In this document: positions 13,448-24,938 of the stretch, piece after piece
How the letters are laid out: every line of letters begins with the position of its first letter
How positions within the stretch are numbered: the first letter of the stretch is position 1
Origin: Eledone cirrhosa
Lineage: Eukaryota
Direction: 5' to 3'
NCBI GenBank assembly: GCA_964016885.1
Contig: OZ024743.1
Location: 251,286,001-251,350,000 of the forward strand
Length of the DNA: 64,000 nucleotides
Program-made: the position numbers and the translations under genes
Notes under the pieces: model-generated
What the model saw: only the letters and a program-made list of their open reading frames with translations
The model's database searches: none
What the model was told of the DNA's origin: nothing

Positions 13448-13991
13448 TCACTCCTCATCCTTAACCCATCTGAAGAAGGATATTTTTAAGCGATGTGTAC
13501 AACTTATCGCTGTTTCAGCTTTGCTGTTGATGAGCTCGTGGGGTGCAGTTATGATGTGGTAGAGCTCCACGAGGCAAAGATCGCATTTCCTCTTGAAGTT
13601 GTACGGTGCAGCCCTGCCGACAATCTCCCAGTGCGTGGAGAAGCTGGTGTTTAAGTCCTTTAGTGATGTAATATAGTCCACGAGCGAAGTGGAGTGCCTT
13701 AGTTTTCTATTTGTGAAAGAGTGGAGATGTGTTCGAAACCTAATTTTGAACGGGCTGGAGGTAGCCCCTATATAATGTTTAACGATATTGTGGCTAGTAA
13801 TAGTGCATCTATATATAACCCTATCAGTCAAGCAGTATCCTCTAAGGGGGCAGCGTCCTCTGTCGCGGCAGTTGCAATTTCCGTCGCGGTTCCGTCTATT
13901 TCCCACGGTAAGGCTATCATTGTTGCTGCCTACGTTGTTACCTACGCTACCGCAGCTGTCGTTAGCACCATTACAACCAACAGCACGCGGC
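13448..13991 (-). CDS. Penelope-like GIY-YIG endonuclease, C-terminal part of the PLE ORF (apparently intact arm; RT part missing)
   Basis: CNCRDRGRCPLRGYC (CxCx5C), VIY...YIG, FKIRFRTHLHSF, WEIV, KCDLCLVE, INSKAE..SCTH. Confidence 0.88.
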
Positions 13992-14086
13992 AACGGCATC
14001 CGCAGACGCAACCAGCATAACCGCGAAATGACTGGGGAACATGCAGGACATGACGTGCGGAATAACATGGCGTGCGGAATACCACC

Positions 14087-14630
14087 CCGCGTGCTGTGGG
14101 TTGTAATGGTGCTAACGACAGCTGCGGTAGCGTAGGCAACAACGTAGGCAGCAACAATGATAGCCTTACGGTGGAAAATAGACGGAACCGCGACGGAAAT
14201 TTCAACTGCCGCGACAGAGGACGCTTCCCCCTTAGAGGATACTGCTTGTCTGATAGGGTTATATATAGATGCACTATTACTAGCCACAATATCGTTAAAC
14301 ATTATATAGGGGCTATCTCCGGCCCGTTCAAAATTATATTTCGAACACATCTCCACTCTTTCACAAATAGAAAACTAAGGCACTCCACTTCGCTCGCGGA
14401 GTACATCACATCACTAAAGGACTTAAACATCAGCTTCTCCACGCACTGGGAGATTGTCGGCAGGGCTGCACCGTACAACTTCAAGAGGAAATGCGATCGT
14501 TGCCTCATGGAGCTCTACCACATCATAACTGCACCCCCACGAGCTCATCAACAGCAGAGCTGAAACAGCGATAAGTTGTACACATCGCTTAAAAATATCC
14601 TTCTTCAGATGGGTTAAGGATGAAGAGTGA
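14087..14630 (+). pseudogene. Second, mutated copy of the GIY-YIG domain (Cys-to-Phe changes and a frameshift near 14535)
   Basis: ORF 14072-14563 reads FNCRDRGRFPL and FKIIF. An extra base in the C-run shifts the frame. Confidence 0.85.
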
Positions 14631-14964
14631 AACCGTGCACCGGATCTCCCTGCAACAAGTCTTAACACCCCAGCGAGCAGGAAACAATCCTTGCATACCA
14701 GACCCAGACAAACAGATGCGGCAAAAAAAACTCTCAAAATAAGCGTTGATTACATGCGTATCGACAATGGTAAGGTTGTAACCTCATCTCGTAGCAGATA
14801 AAAAAAAGATTTGTCCGGGAAAGACTGCCCTAACACCGGCCAGAGTTACCTCCCTTGACCTGCTGCAAATTCAAAACAAGGTATTTTTGCGAGCAATGAA
14901 CATTGACGTTGATTTAACCCCCAAAACTCTTTCCGAGCAATGTAAGGAACACTTTTGATTATTT

Positions 14965-15006
14965 ATGCTCTTGAGAAGCCCAACTGGGCGAAACGAACGT
15001 AGGTGC
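14965..15006 (+). ncRNA. Minimal type I hammerhead ribozyme, U3-A8 variant (mirror copy with two substitutions)
   Basis: GCTC-TTGAGAA-GCCCAACTGGGC-GAAA-CGAACG-TA-GGTGC. Confidence 0.68.
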
Positions 15007-15221
15007 TGTTTTAAATAAACATGTTTTAACGGTCTATTCTCCGATTTCTTACTTTCCCACGTGTTTACGCTCTGCTAACTCTCTAGCCCACTAAATATTA
15101 ACACTTCCAATATTTAATACTGCCGGCACTAGTATCGAGCACCTTTGGCATACGCTACTTGGTAAATAACTATATGTATCACCTATCCTCCCCTTTTTTT
15201 CTGTCTCTCGATACGTAAATA

Positions 15222-15287
<66 letters not shown>

Positions 15288-15464
15288 TTTCTGTCACATC
15301 ACCAGTCTGAGGTGCAGATCAATAGTGGAGTTGTGTCCATAACTCTAATGGGTCACCTTGAGTCAATCCTCTGTGAAACATGCATAACAGATTGATACAC
15401 AATAAATATCTTTTGTATGTAAATGAAGCTTCTTCATTTTTTTCTGTTATATATATATATATAT

Positions 15465-15878
15465 AACCATCTTTCCAACTACAACCCTTGGCATCTTTTT
15501 GAATTCCATATGTCTATAACCCGTGGACATGCTGACAAAATCAGAAAACAGTACAGCTCCCATGACCTTTGGACACATTTTTTCATGCTCAGATTTTCTG
15601 AAGCATGTAACAAACTACCTGCATCATTTGTTAGCTGTTGGGACACTGCAGCCTTCAAAACTTCCATGCTCCCTGAAATTCACCAAAACAACATCTGATA
15701 TTCCCCCTCCATACACACACATGCATACATGTGGGTGTGTTTCTTTGTATATATCATGACTCATACACTGTTCACTTACCTGACTTTTGTACATTATTCT
15801 ATGTACTGTACACACACCTTTGATGAGTTATAGAGCACCTGAGCACTGTACACAATTTTCATTATTATTATTATTATT
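15465..15878 (+). mobile_element. CR1-type LINE 3' fragment with (ATT)n tail
   Basis: Homologous to the reverse complement of 41620-42010. TRGH..K-like C-terminal motif. Confidence 0.8.
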
Positions 15879-15892
15879 TATATCATATATAT

Positions 15893-16060
15893 ATATATTC
15901 ATTTATTATGGCTAAATAGTCAGTCATGTTACACTGAAATTTCACCTGCTAACAACCTTGTGAGCAAGGAGGTGAAACTCTGGATTTACTATTTAGCCAT
16001 AATAAAGGAATACTTAAACTCTACTTCAGTATTGTATACTCTTTACTCTCATCTGTCAAC
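15893..16060 (+). mobile_element. Small imperfect fold-back element between (TA)n tracts
   Basis: TTTATTATGGCTAAATAGT...TTTCACCT is inverted to AGGTGAAA...ACTATTTAGCCATAATAAA, followed by a short tail. Confidence 0.55.
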
Positions 16061-16081
16061 TATATATATATATATATATAA

Positions 16082-17932
16082 TGAAGGAATTGTGATAAGG
16101 AACCAGATGGACCATAACGCACCAGAGTAATCAATACTTTGGGTAATAGGAAAAAGTATGACCCCGACGGCAGAGCTCAAGCCGTTTCGACGGCCATTTC
16201 TGGACTAAATTAGAATTTTTAGCCTGGTGAATAAATAGCCGAACTTGTCAATGGGTACTTCCTTATATGGGAAGATTGTAGTTGTCGAGAGGATTGGTCA
16301 AAATTTGTTGTAAACACAAATAAGTCTATCATGGCATTTGGTGGGAGGTAGGGGTGGATGAACTTGCCTGTAGAACAATGAGGGAGTGAGTGGAGCCGGT
16401 CAAGCATTGAAAGTGATATGTATACAGCAGATTCTAAGGATAGTGTATGAAAAGTCGAAAAATTGTTCTGGAGAAAATGGAGGAGGGAAGTTATAGAATG
16501 GGTAATTCGAATGAGAGTAAAAGACAATAAAAAATAATAGAAAGAAATCTAAAAAAAATATATAGTGAGAAATGAATAATAAAAAAAAAAAACTGGTAGG
16601 GTCTAGAAACAGCTGCTATGATTAGTAGGTGTTGCTTGTAAGGCCAAAGCTAAAGAAAAGGTTAATAAGTTGAGAATGGAAAATACTAAATAAGAAATTG
16701 TAGAAGTGGGTAGTGAAAATATATAAAGCAAACTTTTCAGGGGTCTAACACAGCTGCTAAAAATAGTTAGTAAAGCGTATTCCGCCAAATCTATCTTAAA
16801 ATTACAGGGGTGGGGGGTACTGAGTCTACAGAGGCCCGATGGGCTGCATCGGGGTAGGCGAAAGGGGAAAAACAGACAAGGAAGAAGATCAGGGGTGGAA
16901 GGAAGTGATAGGATGAGACAGAGGGAACAAGAAAACATAGAGGAAAAGAAAAAAAAAAAAGAAAAGAGGTACATCTATTCTTTTCCTCTATGTTTTCTTC
17001 TTCCCCCTGTCTCATCCTATCACTTCCTTCCACCCTTGATCTTCTTCCTCGTCTGTTTTTCCCCTTTCGCCTACCCCGATGCAGCCCATCAGGCCTCTGT
17101 AGCCTCAATACCCCCCACCCCTGTAATTTTAAGATAGAATTGGCCGAATAAGCTTTACTAACTATTTATAGCAGATGTGTTAGACCCCTGTAATTTTGAA
17201 TCATTTTTGTTACTACTCCATTTCTACAATTTCTATATATATATATATTTTTTCTATTCTCAACTTATTAACCTGTAATTGTAAGATAGCATTGGTGGAA
17301 TATGCTTTACTAACTATTTTTAGCAGCTGTGTTAGACCCCTGAAAAGTTTGCGTTATATTTTTTCACTACCCACTTCTACAATTTCTTATTTAGTATTTT
17401 CCATTCTCAACTTATTAACCTTTTCTTTAGCTTTGGCCTTACAAGCAACACCTACTAATCATAGCAGCTGTTTCTAGACCCTACCAGTTTTTTTTTTTAT
17501 TATTCATTTCTCACTATATATTTTTTTTAGATTTCTTTCTATTATTTTTTATTGTCTCTTACTCTCATTCGAATTACCCATTCTATAACTTCCCTCCTCC
17601 ATTTTCTCCAGAACAATTTTTCGACTTTTCATACACTATCCTTAGAATCTGCTGTATACATATCACTTTCAATGCTTGACCGGCTCCACTCACTCCCTCA
17701 TTGTTCTACAGGCAAGTTCATCCACCCCTACCTCCCATCAAATGCCATGATAGACTTATTTGTGTTTACAACAAATTTTGACCAATCCTCTTGACAACTA
17801 CAATCTTCCCATATAAGGAAGTACCCATTGACAAGTTCGGCTATTTATTCACCAGGCTAAAAATTCTAATTTAGTCCAGAAATAGCCGTCGAAACGGCTT
17901 GAACTCTGCCGTCGGGGTCATACGTTTTCCTA
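16082..17932 (-). mobile_element. Non-coding palindromic HHR element (pLTR-like): arms 16147-~16950 and ~16975-17932, 3' tail 16082-16146, flanked by (TA)n
   Basis: Near-perfect inverted arms. The right arm has an extra diverged ~150-bp tandem copy at 17120-17272. No credible ORF. Confidence 0.9.
17821..17920 (+). ncRNA. Type I hammerhead ribozyme, U3-A8 variant, long stem II (mirror copy at 16159-16258 on the minus strand)
   Basis: ACCCA-TTGACAA-GTTCGGCTATTT..AAATAGCCGTC-GAAACGGC..GCCGTC^GGGGT. Predicted cleavage after 17913. Confidence 0.75.
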
Positions 17933-18883
17933 TATATATATATATATAGAGAGAGAGAAAGAGAGAAAGAGAGAGAGATGCATGTTAGTATAAGTATAAA
18001 TATATTATCAGTAGAAAATGGCCACAGTTACATAAGACAAATAGCTGAGAGATAGTGTGAGAAAAAAGGAAAGATTGGAGGAGATGAGAATAGAATTGGG
18101 GGCACAGACGAAAAGATAAATAGAAGAAATTTGAGGAATTTGAGGAATTTAATCAACCCCAGTACTTATATAAAGAAATATAGTTTTATCAAAACAGGTG
18201 TAGATAGAGAGGGAGATACATTGAATTAGCCATTCCAACTCATATAGCTGACTGGGGGGGGGGGGGTTCTCTGTCTCAATAGTAGCAAGTACATAGTGGG
18301 GTTGGTGACCCAGTTCTGCTGGAATAAGTGTCACTGCATATCGATTCCCTGATGCCCATTATTCTACAAATCAGTCTAATAATCTAACTTCATTCAGTTG
18401 TTTAATTAAATCTCTTTAGATGGAGTAAGCTATGTGCAGTAGGTAAATGCATCCCACCCAGGAGAAGATGTCTCCCATTTAATGAATGTCACAAAACTTG
18501 GAGATAGAGACCAGCCCAGAGGAACAGAGACCATTATCATTCTAAACAATCTAAATTATCTAATGTCATTAGATCTTTTTGGATAAGGTAAGCTGCCTTC
18601 TGTAGGTGAATATATCCTATTCAGAGGAAGATCACCACCATTTTACATGGGTTGAAAGCTAAGCAGTTTTTGGATGACACCCACAACAATTGTATTATTA
18701 TCATGACATGCTAATCAACTGAATGGTATAAGAATTGGAGATAGATATCCACCCAGATGGAGTATTATATGTCAATGCTCACCTACTTTTCTTTTCAATG
18801 GTGCCCCTCCTCACATCAGATTTAGAAGACTTACAGTGATATGCTTGTTCCAAAACAGTGCCTTCGAATTATTGTAAATTAGA

Positions 18884-18926
<43 letters not shown>

Positions 18927-18927
<1 letters not shown>

Positions 18928-19082
18928 ATAAACAATAGGCTTCCATGTAGTTTCTGTTTAACAAATTTCACTCATAAGATGTTGGTCAAAGTAATGTTAT
19001 AGAAGAAGATATATGACCAAAGTGCCACACAATGGGACTGAACCCAAACCATATGGTTGTAAAGTAAACTTCATAATCACAC
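18927..19082 (-). mobile_element. Degenerate tRNA-derived (CORE-like) SINE; related copies at 19275-19430 (-), 20657-20820 (+) and 48785-48885 (+)
   Basis: B-box-like GGTTCAGTCCC followed by GTGTGGCAC..TGG.CAA.T.TCTTCTAC. The copies are similar to each other. Confidence 0.6.
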
Positions 19083-20816
19083 TTGCTCTCTCAGAATTCC
19101 AAATACTATATTGCTATTAGCACTGTTACATTGCTGATGACTGAGTCTTTGAGTTAATTTGTGCCAGATCCCTTGCAATAATGTCAATATCTATATAAGG
19201 TTTTCATTTAAAAAGGAAAACAAAACCTTCTGACCTAGCATACAGATACTGAATTGTCATACACATGTCAGATATCTGCATGGTTTCCATCTTCTAGATT
19301 TCACTCACAAGGTGTAGTAAGTCAATCCAAGACTATTATAATGGACACATGCCCAACGTGTCATTCAGTGGGACTGAACCTGAAGCAATGTCATTGCAAA
19401 ATGATTTTCTTAATAACCACACAGCCATACCTGTATGGTTTTGAAGGGTGTATTTGAATTTAATTTATAGCTGATGTGTTATAGCTTTTGGGTTAGGGTT
19501 GATTGTTGGATGTCATATAGTTTTATAGTCAATGTTATGATGATTATATAAGACCACTAATATTCTCGTTGAATTCCAATGTTGTAATATTGAAATTCTG
19601 ACTCTAATGAAGAATTTGAAATATGTATGATATTTTATTTCTTTTCAAAGAAATTCCTTGAAAAATGTCACAATTTCTTAATGAGTCTCTGACCACTTGA
19701 CAAATCCTTCTTGCCAGGAATTAATTAAATAAAAACAATTTTTCTCTGTATCTTGAAAGTCTTTTAATGTTCTGTTGGTTAGAAGATTTTCAGATTTGGT
19801 AAAAACATTAAAATTAATTTTAAAAAAATGAATGGTCGATATTTTGATATCAATTAAAAATGTTGTTAATTACTTGTTTAAGTGATATGACACTTGTGTA
19901 AATGTGTATAATTAAATATACATATACATGTGATTAAATATATTCATGAATATTGACAGATAGTTGAATATATATACATAAAGATTCACACAAACACATA
20001 TATGTACAAAATGGTTTTATCTCATTTTCAAGAATTGCCATCCCTTGACATTTTTGCTTATATATGGGTGGTATGAAAATGTTATTTTTGCCCTTCCAAG
20101 TTACTTACATCAGGTGATGTCTATGCTTGAAGCTTTTTTTTAAGTGAAGAAAAATTTTGCACAGAGTCTTTGAATAATGGTGACAGGTAACCAAAACGAA
20201 GAACAGGTGAACATAATTGGCTGCCACCAAGTTGCAGATATTACACCAGAGTTTTCCTTCCAGAATGATGCCCTAAAAAGAACTAGGAGGTCTCTCACTC
20301 CTGGTGGGCTAACTCCACAATCAGACACAAACCAAGTATTTCCATGTGGTTGCGCATATATATATATAATATATAAGCCCTGTTTCAAATGGGTTGATTA
20401 AACACGTACATACTTTGTTGAGTAAAGATTTTTTCACTTTCTTCCTTTCCTTATTCTCATTTATCCTTCTATTTCTTCTTTTATGTCTCACTCTGTCTTC
20501 TGATAAATAAGTAATGTCAGAAACATCGAGACTATTTTCCTGCTATATCAACCATAAAACTAATATATATATCAACACTGTACTGTATTGTTCTCCTGTG
20601 TTGGTTTTCCTCAATAACCTTTTGCATTTATATATATATGTGTGTGCCAGAATATTTGTGTGGTCATGAAGTTCACTTTACAACTGTATGGTTTTGGGTT
20701 TAGTCCCACCGTGTGGCACTTTGGCCAAATATCTTCTACTATATCCTTAGTTTGACCAACATCGCGTGAGTGGTGAGATTTGTTGAATAGAAACTACATG
20801 GAAACCTATTGTTTAT

Positions 20817-20856
<40 letters not shown>

Positions 20857-22314
20857 GAGTGTCTGTGTGTGTGTAGAGAGAGATGTGTATGTGTTTATAT
20901 TTACTGTTTGTTTATGCCCTGTAACAGCAGTTCAATGAAAAATAGATTGATAAAATAAGTACTGGGGTTGATTAAATTCCTCGAAGATGATGCTCTGCTA
21001 TAGGCAGTCTAATAACTGAAATAACTGAAACTAATAAAATGGTAATGCAAGCATGGAAAAGAGGTACAAAAGGGTGAAAGAATGATGATGCTAGCAGGGA
21101 AATTGGAATTTAAATGATGAGGATGATATATGTATGTATTGTCAGGAATTTTCAGTGGCAGAAGAAGACCAAAGGATACATTGATAGAAGTGGTGAGAGA
21201 GATCTCAAAACACTGAACTTGAATGGGGGGATAATGAAGAAAGCAATATGTGGAAGAAGTTGTGCTGGGAATACTTGTCCACCCTTATGTGGTGAATCAG
21301 CAGAGTTATAAGACCATCAAATAGAATGCTTTGCAGTACTCATTTCAGGTCTCTGCTATCTGAGTTCAAATCCTGCCGAGATCAACTTGCCTTTAATCAA
21401 TTCAAGGTCGATAAAAAAGTACTGATTCTTCCCCTGTATCTCTTTCGCAGTTCTATTCTCTAACTCTCTATCCTTCTCGAGAAGAAATCCTCTGTATTCA
21501 GACCTGGTGATGCAACAGGCTCCCCAGGTTTAAAAATGCTCTAGAAATTCCATTTGTCAATATGACACCCCTATGAATCCCTCAGGATTTATGGGTAAAG
21601 ACACACACACACGCACACGCTGAATAGGGTGTTTTATATAGTAGAGTACATAAACTTTTCAAACATTAACTGAATGAGTACTCAATACATATGAGCAATG
21701 TGTAAGAGTTATTTTTTGTAGTGGTAGTGACTTAAAAGTTTTGGTGAATGCCTCTTCTGACTGTGATGGAGATATTTTTTTGTAAGCTTTATAGATGTTT
21801 TAGTTTTAATTTTACACACTGTTTATAGAATTTAAGTTAGCCTAATGGAAAATACAAAAAATAGAAAGTTTTAAAATAAAAATATCAGACCTCTGTGACT
21901 TTTGGCTTACTCTGTGTGTGTATCATCATCATCATCATCATCAACGTTTAACGTCCGTGTTCCACGCTTGCATGGGTTTGGACGGGGGTAGTCCCACTTG
22001 AGGCAAGAGTGATTGTCTTGCTCGCATAGGACTGTCTGGCGGGTTTTCTACAGCTGGATGCCCTTCCTAACACCAACCACATTTACAGTGTAGGTCTGGG
22101 AGGTTTTTACCGTGCTGCCTACACGGCCACATTACAGCGTGGACTCTGTGTTTTTTTGTCGTGACACCTACACGATCTCATTTGTTTCGGCCTGGATGGC
22201 GCGGCACCAACATAACTTTACATAGAACGGGGTGGTGTGGATGGGGTGGTGGTGGTGGGACGGGGTGTATTTTGTTAGAGATGCCTACTGGTTGGAGTAG
22301 GTTTTACTATATAT

Positions 22315-24657
22315 TTAGGTAAGGCGGGTCTTCTCTGTTACTGAGTACCGCCAAAGGTCTCGGTCCAGTGACATTGTCTTGGAGAGGTGTAAGTGTGTGA
22401 TGTCGGAGTTTATCAGCTCGTCCCAGGTTTTTCTAGGTCTGCCTATTCCGTGACTACCGTCTATCTTTATTGCCCTGCACTTTGTTATACAGCTATCGAC
22501 TTTCATGCGCATCACGTGTCCATACCAACGTAGCCTTCTCTCGAGTAAACAACATCTGATCCCTCTTATCTCTAATTTTTTCCTTAGTTCGTTTATGCTT
22601 TGCCGTTCACGTATATTACTGTTACACATCCAGCGGAGCATGCAAGCTTCATTCCTCTCTAGTCTGCGTATATCCTCTGCACACAATGCCCAGGTCTCAC
22701 TGCCATGCAGCATTGCTGTTCGTATGCAGGCATCGTACAACCTGCCTTTCATTTTTAGGGAGAACCCTTTAGCAGCTAATAGTGGTATAAGCTCTCTGAA
22801 CTTTTTCCAACCAGTTCTGACTCTAGCTACAGTACTTTCAGAGCACCCTCCCCCACTGCTGATTTTATCGCCCAGGTAACAGAAGCTGTCCACTATTTCT
22901 ATAGAACCCTCTGCGCAATTGAAAGAGCTAGTATTTTGTGGGCACTTGCTGCTACTTATTGCACCAGAACACCGGCCACATGTAAAATCTATGTTCTTAG
23001 TTAGCTTACCTGTGATCCCACTACATCTTTTATGCACCCATACTTTGCATTTAGGACATAAAATGGAGTTTCTACCTACGCCTTTCCTACACACCGAGCA
23101 CGACCATTTCCCAGAAGGGACCGCCGCCTTGTTTTCTTTCCTACAAACTAGAACTTTGGTCTTAGCCAGGTTAATTTTAAGTCCTTTTGACTCTAGGCCG
23201 TGCTTCCATGTTTGGAATTTCTTCTCTAGCTCGGCCATTGATTCCGCTATGAGTGTCAGGTCGTCTGCGTATAGGAGTTCCCATGGGCAGCCTGTCTTGA
23301 ACTCCTCTGTTATAGCCTGAAGGGCAATAATAAATAGTAGGGGGCTGAGAACAGAGCCCTGATGGACGCCAACTTTTACGCTAAACTCTTCACTATATTC
23401 GTTGTTAATTCTAACCTTGCTGACTGTTTCTTTATACATGGCTTGTATAGCCCTCACAAGCCATTCGTCAACGCCTAGTTTTCTAAGAGCCCACCAGATA
23501 ATGGAGCGGGGGACTCTGTCGAAGGCTTTCTCCAAGTCGACAAAAGCTAAGTAGAGGGGTTTACCTTTAGCTAGGTACTTCTCCTGTAGTTGTCGTACTA
23601 TGAAAAGAGCGTCTGTGGTACTTTTGCCTGACACAAACCCGAACTGCATTTCATCTAGGTCGATTCTCTCTCTGATTAGTTGCGCTATTACTTTTTCCGT
23701 GACCTTCATGACCTGGTCGATTAATTTAATGCCTCTATAGTTACTCCTATCTAGGGCGTCTCCTTTACTCTTATAACAGTTAACGATGATGCTGCTATGC
23801 CAGTCCTTCGGAACAACCCCATTCTGTACGACTTGGTTAACTATGCGGGTGACCATGGTGTGTCCCACCGTGCCAGATGCCTTCAGCATCTCAGCAACTA
23901 TTTCCGAAGGCCCAGCCGCCTTACCCGTCTTCATATCCTTGATTGCCTTACTTATTATACTCCCCTCGACTAACACTGCTGGTCCCTCTATTAGGTCGAT
24001 ATGGGGGAGACTGTCTTTCTCCCATTTATTCTCCTCATTTAGTAGCCTTTCGTAGTGACACTTCCAAGCTACCTTCTTATCAGCGTCGGTGATGGCAAGT
24101 GTGCCATCGTCGTTTAGTACACACTTCTCCCCGACAATATCACGGTTTTCCTTGACGCATTGCCTAGCAATCCTGAACACCTCACGTTTTTGGTCATCGC
24201 GTTGTAGAACATGCTTGAACTTTCTTTCCTCAGCTTCCCTTCTTGCTAAGTACACTTGTCTCCTAGCTTCCCTCCTGGCCACTTGATAGTCTTCTCTACT
24301 TCCCCCATCCCGCCATACTTTCCAAGCCTGCTTTTTGGCCTTAATTGACCCCTCCACCTTACTGTTCCACCACCATGTTACTCTCCTCCTGCCTACAGGC
24401 CTGCTCCAGCCACAGACTTCGTCTGTCGCCAACAGCAGGTTTGCTTTCAGAAATTCCCACTCTCCCTCTATATTGTCCGACTCTAAATGTTCTTCCTTAC
24501 TGTCGAAAGCATCAAGTAATATGCTTTGAAATTTATTCCTGGCTGTGGGGTCCTTTAGCTTCCATATTTTTCTCCTGAGGATAGTCCTCTTCTGCTGTCG
24601 AGTACGTCTCGTCCTGACTATGAGGTCGCTAATTATCAGTCTATGTTGGGAGTGCAT
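22315..24657 (-). CDS. RTE LINE reverse transcriptase with an internal PHD (C4HC3) finger; separated from the APE part by one frameshift
   Basis: KAAGP, NYRGI, QFGF, DLEKAFD, GVHQGSVLSP, YADD, CSVC..CPKC..H..C..CGRC, YLG. Confidence 0.93.
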   Translation of the reverse strand: MHSQHRLIISDLIVRTRRTRQQKRTILRRKIWKLKDPTARNKFQSILLDAFDSKEEHLESDNIEGEWEFLKANLLLATDEVCGWSRPVGRRRVTWWWNSKVEGSIKAKKQAWKVWRDGGSREDYQVARREARRQVYLARREAEERKFKHVLQRDDQKREVFRIARQCVKENRDIVGEKCVLNDDGTLAITDADKKVAWKCHYERLLNEENKWEKDSLPHIDLIEGPAVLVEGSIISKAIKDMKTGKAAGPSEIVAEMLKASGTVGHTMVTRIVNQVVQNGVVPKDWHSSIIVNCYKSKGDALDRSNYRGIKLIDQVMKVTEKVIAQLIRERIDLDEMQFGFVSGKSTTDALFIVRQLQEKYLAKGKPLYLAFVDLEKAFDRVPRSIIWWALRKLGVDEWLVRAIQAMYKETVSKVRINNEYSEEFSVKVGVHQGSVLSPLLFIIALQAITEEFKTGCPWELLYADDLTLIAESMAELEKKFQTWKHGLESKGLKINLAKTKVLVCRKENKAAVPSGKWSCSVCRKGVGRNSILCPKCKVWVHKRCSGITGKLTKNIDFTCGRCSGAISSSKCPQNTSSFNCAEGSIEIVDSFCYLGDKISSGGGCSESTVARVRTGWKKFRELIPLLAAKGFSLKMKGRLYDACIRTAMLHGSETWALCAEDIRRLERNEACMLRWMCNSNIRERQSINELRKKLEIRGIRCCLLERRLRWYGHVMRMKVDSCITKCRAIKIDGSHGIGRPRKTWDELINSDITHLHLSKTMSLDRDLWRYSVTEKTRLT

Positions 24658-24938
24658 TCTTCATGGGGGAGGGATTTGGTGTTTACAACAGACACTCTGT
24701 CACGTCTTCTGGTAAGGATATAATCTACCTGGCTTGTGTGTTCCCCGGATCTATAGGTGATCAGGTGATTGTCACGTTTTTTGAAGTTAGTGTTACAGAT
24801 AGTTAGGTTATTTGCATCACAGAATTCCAGGATTCTGGAGCCTTCCTCATTTCTAGTACCAAACCCATAGCCTCCATGGATTTCGTCGTAGCCGTCACAA
24901 TGTTGCCCAACGTGACCATTTAGGTCTCCTGCAACCAT
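24636..24938 (-). pseudogene. C-terminal half of the APE endonuclease of the RTE element
   Basis: GDLNGHVG, GFGTRNEEG, NTNFKK, QVDYIL. Confidence 0.9.

Larger units (their letters stand above)
12983..15224 (+). mobile_element. 5'-truncated Penelope-like element (Naiad-like) as a ~1-kb inverted repeat (12983-13991 / 14087-15060), with 3' tail 15061-15224, inserted in (TA)n
   Basis: GIY-YIG ORF in both arms, an HHR near each arm end, and (TA)n on both flanks. The arms differ by scattered substitutions and indels. Confidence 0.92.
21922..24938 (-). mobile_element. 5'-truncated RTE-clade LINE (partial APE + RT) with (GAT)n tail
   Basis: APE motifs GDLNGHVG, NEEG, TYRSG..SQVDYIL. RT ORF of 780 aa. 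3' UTR shared with 8446-8944. Confidence 0.96.

Noticed and set aside
13448-13991. Selenocysteine-encoding Naiad
   Set aside because: No in-frame TGA at the conserved Cys positions in the visible fragment.
13448-14356. 302-aa ORF as a complete gene
   Set aside because: Its N-terminal part is antisense read-through across the palindrome centre. Only the GIY-YIG portion is real.
12983-17932. Large palindromes as long-read fold-back artefacts
   Set aside because: The arms differ by substitutions and indels, have unique spacers and one-sided tails, and are followed by unrelated flanking sequence.
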